Assembly (NCBI GenBank): GCA_965205485.1
Contig: OZ242180.1
Coordinates: forward strand, 1,472,001-1,536,000
DNA from: Candidatus Latescibacterota bacterium
GTDB taxonomy: Bacteria; Latescibacterota; UBA2968; GCA-2709665
Direction: 5' to 3'
DNA length: 64,000 nucleotides
The notes under the pieces: model-generated
The model's database searches: none
The model's input: only the letters and a program-made list of their open reading frames with translations
What the model was told of the DNA's origin: nothing
Part shown: piece after piece, positions 1 through 10,800 of the stretch
Layout: every line of letters begins with the position of its first letter
Numbering within the stretch: the stretch's first letter is position 1
Position numbers and translations under genes: made by a program

Positions 1-2
1 TG

Positions 3-308
3 GATCCAAACCATCGCCAAGTTCGCGCCGCCGGGAAGGGTTACCGTAATATCCTTTTCGGGTGCGCCTTCCCCGAATTGCTTCGCAAACAGAATAAAGT
101 CCGGAAAATCCACGTTCCCGTTGCCGTCGAGATCGAAACCGGATTGATTCGACCCGAACGCCTGCGCGAACAGGATGAAATCCCCGAAATCCACAATACC
201 ATTGGCGTCGAAATCGGCATCTCGGGAGGGTTGGGCGATCAGAAGCGGCCTCGGTGTCAGTATCGCTGCAAGGGCAAGCAATGCGATAATCATACATCTT
301 TTTGACAT
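3..308 (-). CDS. Secreted protein with dockerin/EF-hand-like repeat pair, probably followed by an FGE-sulfatase (SUMF1) domain; 3' end runs off the window
   Basis: Hand translation from ATG at 308 (GGAG RBS upstream): MSKRCMIIALLALAAILTPRPLLIAQPSRDADFDANGIVDFGDFILFAQAFGSNQSGFDLDGNGNVDFPDFILFAKQFGEGAPEKDITVTLPGGANLAMVWI. It has a signal peptide and two DxDxNGxVDFxDF repeats. ITVTLPGG..MVWI resembles the start of an FGE-sulfatase domain. Confidence 0.7.
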   Translation of the reverse strand, partial: MSKRCMIIALLALAAILTPRPLLIAQPSRDADFDANGIVDFGDFILFAQAFGSNQSGFDLDGNGNVDFPDFILFAKQFGEGAPEKDITVTLPGGANLAMVWI

Positions 309-613
309 TTCAAGGACTCCTTCAAACAGCCTGGTGCAGGTAAGTGTGGGTGCCAAATCTGAGGTTTCCAGTCACCGACAGCTTTAACAATGCACCTGCA
401 CAGCGACTCATCACTTCTATAAAGTAGATTTATTCGAATTATTAATCAAGACTCAGCGAGATCGTCCGGGTTCAACGAATTGGTCTGTGGTAGGATCCGG
501 ACAAAAGGCCGCCGACGTTCCCAGGTTCCTGGATATTCACTCAATCACAACGAGGGTGGGGCCAGACATTCCTGTCGTGCCCTTCTCTTTTCCATCATGT
601 GATGTGGACTGAC

Positions 614-3600
614 CTATAGCGCGATAACAAACACCACGTCCTTCTCCGCCCTCTCGCCGCTGTTCATGTCGTTGATTGATACCTTCAGCGAGTATCGGCC
701 TGGAACCTGTTCATCCACCGCCAGTTCCACGTATTCCGTTTCCCGGTCAGCATCGCCCAGCTGTTCGTACGTAACGGCCAGTTCCTCTCTCTTGCCGGCT
801 TCCCACCGGAAGAGTCTGGAGATGTTGCTCGCGTTGCCCGGTGATTCCTTCGATGTAATTGTGTAGGAGACGTTGTACTTTGTCTGTCCAAACTCATCCT
901 TATCCAAATTGTAAATCTCGTAGTAGACGAATACGCTCTGGCCCTTCCTGTAATTTCGGGAAGGCATCGGGACGACATAAAGGTCCCCTTTGGTGAACTT
1001 TCCGGATTCTCTGGTTTCGCCAACCTGCCAGGCCAGTTGGAGGTCGCTAATCTGCAACGCGTCGTCGCCGTAGGACTCCACAATGACCTGCTGCTGATAG
1101 ATGCCCATTCGCCCTCGCAGGCGGTCCTGTGACTTCACCTCCAGCCGGTAGGCGCCGGGCGACAGGTTCAGCTTCAAGACGTCGGGCGCCATCAGGCCTT
1201 CTCCCGCCTGGTTGCCTGCGGCTTCGTAGGTGATCTCGCCCGTTTGCCGGTAGACCGTATCCAGCGAGGATGATATGAGGGCCGCATGGTGCGTCAGAAC
1301 CTGCCTGGTTACGTCCTCGTCCGTAACATAGTGGGCCGGGAGGATGGGGACGCCGTAGTAGATTTCCAGGAGGCTGCGGTCGTCCGCGCCCTTGAAGTCA
1401 GCCAGCGAATAGTGAAAATCCAGAGGTGGTTTTTCGTCTTCGGGGACATAGAAATCTGGAGTAACCGACGACGCTCGTTGGAACATGGATCGTGGAGAAT
1501 TGGTACTCAACGAAGCGGACTGACGTATTGACCTTCCTCCCTGGTTGGTCGGTATCGGGGCATAGTCATAGGTTCCGGAACCGATTTCGTCTGTAAAAGT
1601 GATTTCAATACCACCCGCCACGTCAACATAGATCCAAGTCTCCCAGGGAACCGTACTTGGGTCGTCGCCTGAAGTTACCGGATGATAGTCACCGAATCCA
1701 AGCCGTTCGTCCATTGGCAAAATTCCGATACGGACTTCGTCATCAGGGGCCGGTGAAGGCGTTGTGACCTCCTCAACGGCAGATGTACCTCCTTCGGAGG
1801 TCTCCGAGCCTGTTGAGGCACCAATTCCAAAATCATCGGCAGGGACATCACCTACATCGTCCAGATCGGACGATCCGGATGCATTCTCATTGTTGATGTC
1901 TTTCAAATCATACCAGGCACCATCCAACTGTTTGAGGCTGCGTACGGGGTACACCGGTCCAACAAACGTGTGCGCCCCGACGTCGCTTTTGTAAATCTGG
2001 AAAGCGAGGCGCTCCTTGACTCGCTGTACTTCAAGGCTCTGTTTGAAATTGGGGTCGTCCGACCTGGACCGGTGATCGGGTTCCCGAATCGAATATAGAC
2101 TTCACCTCGTGCATCCCAGGGCTTTTTACTCTTGGAGAACTCCGTGAGTGCGTACCAGACCCGTCTGTAGTGTTCAAGTTGACGTTCGTTGACGGGGGTT
2201 GACAGATCCGGGTCTTTGGAATTCCAGAAGCGCTCCAAATAATCTGCACGGTCCGTACCCTCGGCTTCGCCAAGGCTCTTCAGTTCTTCGCTGGACGCAA
2301 TATGCGTTACATCTTCGTACCATTTTTGCTCATCCGGAGCAAGACCGGAAATGTAGTCTTCGAAGAACCTCATTGCCATATCCAAACTGTCCTGCTTGAT
2401 TGCAGAAATCGCAACGATGGGCATCAGCTCGATTGAATTCGGATGCCTTTGGACAAAGTCGAATAGATGGTTCATAATCTTCGAATAATCTCTGACTTTC
2501 AAGTATGCGATTCCGAGGCTACGTTGCGCATCTGCATCTTCCGGCCGAAGGGCGAGGTATTTGGTATACCATACAACGGCCTTTTCAAATTCCCACGACA
2601 GGTTCAGATAGTAGTCTGCGATCAACAGGCAGGCACCGGCATGCTCGGGGTCCAAATCCAGTACTCTTTTCGCTTCCAATTCGGCATCGCGTTCTTTCAT
2701 ATCATATCGCACTCTGGCCATCTGATACCGGGCATCTACAAACTTCCGATCCTTGATCAACGCTTCAGTGAAATGGTGGATGGCAAAATGCCGCTGCATG
2801 GGCCACGTCTTGTAGAGCATACCCAGGCCATAATGCGCCTCCGCCTTACTTCCCAGCCTCAGAGCCCGGTGGAACGCTTCCTTCGATTCCTTGAATCGCT
2901 TCAATGTCAATAGAACGTGCCCCAGACTGATATATGCTTCGGGATCCTTCGGTCTTTGGCGTGCGACATTTCGGAAAATCAAGCGCGCCTGTTCCAGATT
3001 ATCCCGGTCCACGGCCAGGTTGCCAAGGGAAACAAGACTGTCTACTCGAGCCGGCTGTAGTGCTGATCTCTTCGTGCGAATCCCGTCCGGACCGGAGGAG
3101 CCGTATATCTGCTCTTGACTGTGCCAGAAACAGGCGACGGCCGGTGCGCCGGGCAACTTTTCGGGCTTGTAAAGATAGTCGCTGAAAAGCTTGTATTCGA
3201 AGTTTGCCGGGCAGGAGAACAGCAAGTCAAGGATCGCGATCCTGTCTTTTCGTTCGTTTCCCGCAGGCGAACCTCCGAGCTTTTCTTGAACCGTCCATTG
3301 ATGCAGCTCTTCAAGGTTCGAAGGATCTCTCTCGTCATGGCCTCGCTTGAATCCCTGTATCAAGCCCAGCATGCCGGCCAGGTGTTCTTGACATATGGTG
3401 ATTTCAGTTTCGTGTTTTTTCGATTCAATCCAGAATTCACAGATGTTGATATATCTTGTGCAACTCTTCCTGGAAAGGCCGTATTTGGCGGCTTTATCGT
3501 AGAGGTGTCTAAATGCGCTTCTGGCATTCTTGAACATCTTGTCCGCGTGTTTTTCGTTTCCTCTGTGTAGCGCATTCTTGCCGCGTATATAGAGGTTGAG

Positions 3601-4383
3601 ACCGGCACCGATCATGCCCAACACAATTTCCGAAGAATCCGTTTGGTCCAAGACGGCAGTAGAAAGCGCCTTCGAGTTGGACTCTCGGTCCCGCTTTTCG
3701 TTTTTGGACCTGGCTTCTACCGCTTGCGCCTCACTAATCTCGCCATTGTTGACTTGAATACGGATCGTCGTCAATCCGTCCTGAATACGGCACGAAATTG
3801 ACATTCCATCAGCTGACCACAATACAGGAGGCTCTAGTTTGCCGGCAAACAGAAGCTTTATGCCGGCAGTTTCGTCCGATACCCAGAGGCCACTGTTGAT
3901 TCTCTCGAAGAAGTTCCCTCTATATCCTATGATCGCCAATTTGCGTCCATCAGGAGATGGCGCTATTTCGTCTGGTTGAAAATCATCCGGAAGAGGCCAC
4001 AATTCCTCTTCTGCACCGTCCAGGCTTAATTTCCATATCCCGTTTTTTATAATCGGAAGAGACTGTCCGCCAAAGTAAGAGGATGCCCAGACCTGATTTC
4101 GTAAGCTTCGCTCCAGATATATCAGGCCCTCACCAGCCGGATCAAAATGGAGATCGCCCATTTCTCCAGGGTAAGTCTTGATCCTCATGGGTCGGTTATC
4201 CTCCTTCGATACCACCCATATCTCCGTCACAGAAATCGCACCATCACCACGTTGCAGACCAAGTGCAAGATCTCCGGCTTCCGACGCTACAGTGAGTAAC
4301 TCACGGCCAGACGCTTCGACAGGACGGGGCAAATTTGAAATACAGAACGCAAACACCAGTAGGCTATGCGTAATCCGAGCCAT
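614..4383 (-). pseudogene. Large secreted TPR + GWxTD-domain protein split by a 1-nt frameshift near 2083-2085 (pseudogene or sequencing error)
   Basis: ORF 1903..4383 has a signal peptide, a beta-propeller-like N-terminus, TPRs and FW..KDPDLSTPVNERQLEHYRRVWYA...WDARGEVYIRFG. Adding one G to GGG at 2083-2085 gives FGEPDHRSRSDDPNFKQ, which continues in frame into ORF 614..1954. That ORF's C-terminus (ISDLQLA, YYEIYNL..DEFGQTKY) matches the paralog at 4866..7238. Confidence 0.8.
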
Positions 4384-4450
4384 GACGTTTACCTCCTGCC
4401 ATTCAGATAAACCAATTGTTCAACAGAAAGCCTGAAATGAAAAACGAGCT

Positions 4451-4738
4451 TCAAACTGTTACCGCGTCCAACACGTCGAAGCCGGCCGGCGCAAAGTCCC
4501 TGTCCGCCCTCAACACTCGTTGGAAGGCTCTCATACTCTCTTTAGCGGAGACCCGACCGACCTGCTCCATGGCCGTTTCGTAGAGCCCCTCGGCAAGCCG
4601 GTTATCACCGGCGGCAACTGGCGCCGAGAGGCAGAATCCGAGACACAGAACCGCACAGACAGTTGAAGTCAGTCTTGTGCGGCGTTTTCGTTTTTTGTTA
4701 ATTCGAAGCAAAGGCATGTCGTGAAATGCAACTGGCAT
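4451..4738 (-). pseudogene. Truncated N-terminal fragment of a third GWxTD/TPR paralog
   Basis: Signal peptide followed by EGLYETAMEQVGRVSAKESMRAFQRVLRADRDFAPA, which aligns with DSLYLKATAQVRKVSPTESIKAFEEVLKLDWEFAPA of the neighbouring gene. The frame stops 10 codons later. Confidence 0.6.
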
Positions 4739-4865
4739 CCGGGTCTGACGGACTCCGACGCGACGTCCAAAGCCGCATACGCCTATCTATTACAAAGCAC
4801 ATACGCAGTCTGAAGGTCATTATGGACCAATCGATGTTCACAACACAAGCCTCGCTCCGAACACC

Positions 4866-7238
4866 TCACTCAATCACGCGGAACAACACTTCGCGCGCTG
4901 CAATTTGACCGGTATGCATGTCTTTGACTGTCACCGATAGGCGATGCACACCGGCTGGCACGTGAGTCAGGTCGATCTGCAAATAGGTGAAGTCATCCTC
5001 GCGATCCCCCTCATACCGCGCCGTAATCGTGGTCTCTGACCCGTCAAGGCTTCTCTGCAAATTCCTGATACGGCTGGCAAGTTCATCCTCTTCCGGAAAC
5101 ACGTACCGAACCCGGTACGTGACCTCATCCCTCTTCTTCGTGTCAAAATAGTCCGGAACCACTACCGGCGGCGTGACCGGCAATCCCCCAAGAGGCCCAT
5201 CTTCATCCGTGGCTCGCACCGGGGTACGCATTGCCGTCTCCCGAATCCTGATTTCACGCGTGACCTCCAATTGGCTGCCGCCTTCTGGCAACCGCTGCGC
5301 CAAGAACAGGTACGGATCGATCTTCTTTTGTTCCGGACGCCCTAACCGATATGAAATCTCGTACTTTGAACGGCCGAATTCGTCCCGCTCCAGGTTATAC
5401 ACTTCCAGGTAAATGAACGCGGGTTCGGTCCGATGATAGGTCCGCATCGGATTCGCGACGATCGTGAGATCGCTCCTTCCGTTCGGAAACGGTGTTCGTG
5501 ATTCGATTCGCGTGGCCATCAACAGATCGCTCATTGAAAAGAGAGAATCCAATGTCTCGGACCTGCGCGTTTCACGAAACGTACCGATCGATCCCCGCGT
5601 TCGATCACGAACTTCGCCAACCAGATTATACCTGCTGTTCGGCACCTTGAATGCCAACTGAAAAACCAGGTGACTATTACGCAGACTGTCCGCCACGGGA
5701 TACCCGCTGGGTGTCAATTCGGGCCACCTCAATTTGAGATCGGAATGCTTCCGATACACCTCATCCCAATCCTCGTCAAACACAAACACTCCATTCTCAA
5801 TAGCAATGGTCCTGTTCGAATCCGAGGCAGACACGTTATATTTCGGCAGCGCGTAAGCCAGTTCCATACGATGGCTGTCGCCGTCCTTGAAGACTGCAGC
5901 CAGGTAGGGGATTCTGTACTTGTGATGACCATAAGGGTCTATAAAATGCGCAGGTTGATGATCGAACCTGTATCGAGCCGATATGCGACCCGGACGGTTG
6001 TCGAAACGCCAGGAATCCAGCCCGTCGCTATTGACAAAGGAGATTGAAAATCCCTCATAGATCCACGTCTCGTCACCGCCGTGGAAATCTCGGCGGAACG
6101 TGCCCTCGAATGAGTCGACACCTCCACCGATTTCAGGACGCTGTGCCTTCTTCTTGAGATACCGCCCGAACTTGATATATGCCTTCCCGCGGTCCGTCTG
6201 CCATCCCGGAATTCCTTTCAATCGCTCACCAAATCTAAGGTTGGCATACGCCACCCGTCCGTAGTGCTCCATCCGCCGTTCGCTGAAAGCCGTCAGATAC
6301 AGCGGATCTCGTTTCCGCCAGAATCGCACACGCTCAAGGCTATCCGTCCATCCGTTCTGAGTCGTATCGGTCGTCGAAATCGAATCCAGTGCAGATTTCT
6401 CCACCCGGCTTGCAATCACATCCACCGACTCCATTAATGCGCGTTCCTGCTCGGACATTCGCTCAAGGGCACGTCTGTAATACCCATGAGCCGTTTCCCA
6501 TTCACCCATCCCCTGGTATCCCAGCCCACAATAGAGTAACGCGTCCTTGTCCTCGGAAAACTGATCCAGGCATAGCCTTGATGCCGTTACCAATCCTTCG
6601 GGGTTCCTGCTTTCATAATGAATCAAGCCCAAATCGTAATATGCTTCTCGATATCCAGGATCGGCGTCGATACTCTTGGTAAAGAATGCCAGTGCTTTCT
6701 CGCGGTCGCGTGAACCGAATTCCTCCCATCTAAACAGGTGATACGACGGGCCGCCCGCCCCAACTGTTACGTCTATATGCTCCATATTTATGTACTTAAA
6801 GAAGGCTTGCATTGCGAAAAAGCCCGCCATATATGCTGCCTCGGCGCGTTTTTCGGGATAGGTCTGGTATATCTTCTCGTAATGCCTTTCGGCATTCAGC
6901 CAGAGCCCCTGCTTTCCGAGTAACTCACCAAACTTCAATTGATAATCCCCGTTGTCCGGATCCAACCGAATCGCCTCGTCCAGCGCGTTGCGAGCGCTCT
7001 GGCGCGTCAGTGGCGTGTTCATTTCCATGTACAGTTTTGCGATCTGAAAGTGCGCGGGCGCGAATTCCCAGTCCAGCTTCAAGACCTCTTCAAACGCCTT
7101 GATGCTCTCGGTCGGAGACACCTTACGGACTTGGGCTGTTGCCTTGAGATAAAGCGAATCCATTCGCGCAGACTTCGACAAGGCGAGTACTTCGCTTGGC
7201 GAAAGGAACATCAACATCAAGACAGTCAAATGTCTCAT
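4866..7238 (-). CDS. GWxTD domain-containing TPR protein, secreted
   Basis: GWQTDRGKAYIKFG motif, preceded by FWRKRDPLYLTAFSERRMEHYGRVAYAN, with N-terminal TPRs. Likely start is MRHLTVLML at 7238 with a GGGGAG RBS. Confidence 0.85.
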   Translation of the reverse strand: MRHLTVLMLMFLSPSEVLALSKSARMDSLYLKATAQVRKVSPTESIKAFEEVLKLDWEFAPAHFQIAKLYMEMNTPLTRQSARNALDEAIRLDPDNGDYQLKFGELLGKQGLWLNAERHYEKIYQTYPEKRAEAAYMAGFFAMQAFFKYINMEHIDVTVGAGGPSYHLFRWEEFGSRDREKALAFFTKSIDADPGYREAYYDLGLIHYESRNPEGLVTASRLCLDQFSEDKDALLYCGLGYQGMGEWETAHGYYRRALERMSEQERALMESVDVIASRVEKSALDSISTTDTTQNGWTDSLERVRFWRKRDPLYLTAFSERRMEHYGRVAYANLRFGERLKGIPGWQTDRGKAYIKFGRYLKKKAQRPEIGGGVDSFEGTFRRDFHGGDETWIYEGFSISFVNSDGLDSWRFDNRPGRISARYRFDHQPAHFIDPYGHHKYRIPYLAAVFKDGDSHRMELAYALPKYNVSASDSNRTIAIENGVFVFDEDWDEVYRKHSDLKLRWPELTPSGYPVADSLRNSHLVFQLAFKVPNSRYNLVGEVRDRTRGSIGTFRETRRSETLDSLFSMSDLLMATRIESRTPFPNGRSDLTIVANPMRTYHRTEPAFIYLEVYNLERDEFGRSKYEISYRLGRPEQKKIDPYLFLAQRLPEGGSQLEVTREIRIRETAMRTPVRATDEDGPLGGLPVTPPVVVPDYFDTKKRDEVTYRVRYVFPEEDELASRIRNLQRSLDGSETTITARYEGDREDDFTYLQIDLTHVPAGVHRLSVTVKDMHTGQIAAREVLFRVIE

Positions 7239-7854
7239 TCCAGTGATTCTCCCCCGATGTCTCGAGGCATTTGAGCCGCCCGGCTTCTTGATACCAAATA
7301 AGGCCCCGATAAATTGCATACGCAGCCCCTGCTGCCTACCGTTGCACGAAAAAACACGTCATTCACGAGAATCGAACTGATATTCGCACTTCGACACAAA
7401 TCGCACCAAATCCTCCGATTAAATCCGTCTTCCCCGGTACAAAAGACACGAGCCCGGCCGGGTGGGTTCGGTAAACCTGAGCCGCGCGGTCGAACACGAA
7501 ACCCCTGCTTCCGGCAGCCGTTACGTGACGCTTCGACCCCTTGAGTTCTCATCGGAATGGCTGCCCGCGCCGCCCTTTTCGGACGTCGCAATCTTCGTAC
7601 CAGACCGCAAAATAAAATTCGCCTGTGCTGCTACGCACAAGCGAATTAAAAACAACAACTTTTTTCGAACTAATTCAGGCCGTCACAGGACTTTCAACGC
7701 ACAGACGTATACGTTGTATACATCTGAATCTCTTCAACAGTGCGCCCTTTGAGGGCTTCGTTTTTTGATTTGCTAAATAACATACTCTTACAACATAAGC
7801 AACATCGTCTACGGTATTAAACGAATTACTGTATACGTCGTATACATATCCCGC

Positions 7855-10800
7855 TTATTCGGAATTCGCTTTTTCCCTGAGACCGTACCGGCTCATCATC
7901 TTTTGCAGACCGTTTCGACTCAGCCCCAGTTGGCGCGCGGCGCGGGAAATATTGCCGCCACACTGGTCGAGCGCTTCCACGATCATCCGCCTCTCGAGGG
8001 ACGCAACGCGGGACTTGAAGTAACTTCCCTCCCCGGACCTGAGTTGCTCGGCAAGCCCGATTCTCTCTGAGAACAGGTCGGCGGAGACCTCTTTGCCTTC
8101 CTCCACAAGGGCAATCGCACGCCTGATCTCGTTCTCCAGTTCACGTACGTTGCCCGGCCATCCGTGGTCCATCAATGCCCGCATGGCCGCTACCGTGAAA
8201 CCCGGAACCGCCTTATTCTGGTCCGCGCAAAGACGGTTCACAATGTGTTCGCATAACAATGGTATGTCTTCAATGTGGCTGCGCAGAGGGGGCATTTCGA
8301 TCTGCAACACACGCAGTCTGTAATACAGATCCTCCCGAAACAGCCCGTTCCGCACATCCGCTTCCAGGTCGCGATTCGTCGCCGCGATCACCCGCACGTC
8401 CACGTTCCGCACCTCTGCCTCGCCCACCCGCTGGATTTCCCCGTCCTGAAGCACCCGCAACAGGCTCGATTGGAGCTGTGCAGATGCGTTTCCAATCTCG
8501 TCCAGGAAGACCGTGCCGCCGTGCGCGGATACAAACAATCCCTTCCGGTCCGACGACGCCCCGGTAAAAGCACCCTTCCTGTGTCCGAACAGTTCGCTCT
8601 GAAGCAGCTCGTGGGTCATTGCGGCGCAGTTGGCGGAGAGAAACGGCTTCGCCTTGCGTTCGCTCCGGTTATGGATAGCCCGGGCAGCCAGTTCCTTGCC
8701 CGTTCCCGTCTCTCCCTGTATGAGCACGGTCATGTCGCTTTCAGCCGCAACTTCCACCAGCTTGAAAACCTCCTGCATAGCGTCGCTCTGCCCAACGAGT
8801 TCTCCCAGACGGTAGCTGTCCCCGGCTTGTTGCTGCAAGAAAAGCGCACGTTCCTGGATCCGGGAGTACATCCGGGCGTTGACAACCGCGATCGACACCA
8901 GGTTCCCGAACGCCGACAAAAGGGCGCGGTCTTTTTCGGTAAACAGATCCTCGAGCTCCCTGTGGTCCATGTAGAGCGCGCCAATAACGCCAGATTCCCC
9001 GTGCCGTAGCGGCACGCACAAAACCGAACGGATGCCGTAATCGGTAACACTCGACCTCTGCCTGAATCGTTCGTCTACTCGAGCGTCCAAGCTCAATACC
9101 GGCTCGTTTCGCTCCATCGTCCACTTGATGACTCCGCGGCTGATCTTATGCGTCTCGACGTCGTCCAGATTATGCCTGCGTGCCACTTCGACATGAACAG
9201 CGTCTTCGTCCTTTAACGCAATCAACACGCGTTCGGCCCGGCTCACTTTCTTCAAACGGTCCAGAATCCGGTCCAGAAGCACGTTCAGGTCCAGGACCGC
9301 CGTCAAGTCCTCCGAAGCCTGGTAAAGCGTTAGCAGATGCTCCTCGGAAAGCGCAGTGACCATTTCCTTTGCGGGCAACGCCATTTCAACTTCCTCAGCA
9401 ACCCGCTCCAGAAGATGGGCCGCCTTCCCGGCAAGATAGCGCAGATTCAGCCGTTCGGCAGCCTCGCGGGCGTCTTCCAAGTACCGCCGGGCATCGGCGA
9501 GACGCCGCCGCTCTAAATAGTACTCGCCCGCAACGAGTAACAGATTTAACTGTCTTGTATCCTCTGGCGAAACGTCGACCTGCGATGCCTCATCAAGAAG
9601 GGTATCGACTTCCTCATGCAGGCCGGCCGCGGCAAGCGATTTTGCCTTCGCGATCCAGATTCTGGCGCGGACATCTTCACCGTACTCCACGCCAGGCCAG
9701 GCCCGTTCGGCCCAGGACAGCGCCTCTTCAACGCGGCCGGTTTCGGCCAGGGTCTCAGCCAGCAATCCGCAGGCTATGAAATACTCTTCCCCGCGCCCAC
9801 TTTCCGATAGCAGCCGTTCCGCCTCTCGCGCATGCGCTTCTGCACGGGCGGAATCTCCCTGCTTTAGTGCAATCTCGCACAGATAGAGATACGCGTGCGC
9901 CTCCCCACTCTCTGACCCGCGTCTGCTCCAGTATTCTCGTTTTTCTTGAAACATCTCCTCTGCCCGATCAAAATCTCCCAACCAAATATTGATGCGGCCC
10001 AACAGATAATTGCAAGTATTCCGATAGACGCGGTCTCCCTCCTGGTCCAGCAGATCCAACGAAGATTCTAGAAGGGTTTTGGCCTCTTCAATCTGATTCG
10101 TGTTTTCGGCTGCGAACGCCAGATAGATCAGGGCACGCGCATCGTTGGCCGCTCCTCCCAATTCCCGGCACTTTTCAGCGGCTAAATCACAATACCTAAC
10201 AGTCCCATCCACATTTTTCAGGCCCAGGCAGGTATTCTGCAAGAGCCCCAGAACCTGGAGTTCATTTTCATCGTCACCCAGATTCCGGTATAGACCCAGA
10301 GCCTCAGACAGCACCGACTCCGCCCTTTGAAAATCACCCGAAGTTGAGTGGATTATCCCCAACATTCTCAATGCGTACGCCTTCTGCGCGGGCGTTTTGT
10401 CGGACGCCCAATGCATGATCCTTTCCAACTCGCGCCGCGCTTCATCAAACCGGTCGCATCCGCAAAGCGACTCGGCGTAGACGCAGAGAAAATCCAGGTG
10501 CGCCAACGACCCGACGGATATGCTGCCCTGCACATCACGTGAAAACGCGCCTTTTTCAATAACCGCTTCGAACTGTTCAAGAGCGCGGGAGAAATAATGC
10601 ATCCGCAGCGCCACGCGGCCGGATGCCGTCACGTACCGCACCATTTTTTCCAGGTTGTTAGATCTTGAAAAGTGATAGGCCAGGTCATCCAGCGTCTCCG
10701 AGCCGCCGGACTCGGACCGCGTCTCCAGGGCCCTGCCTGCCTCCTGGTGAAGCAACGCACGTCTGTTTTCGGATATGCCGTCGTATACAGCCCGTTGGAT

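Noticed and set aside
338..356. TGGCAC element upstream of the first gene as a sigma54 promoter
   Set aside because: The -12 position reads TA instead of GC at the required spacing.
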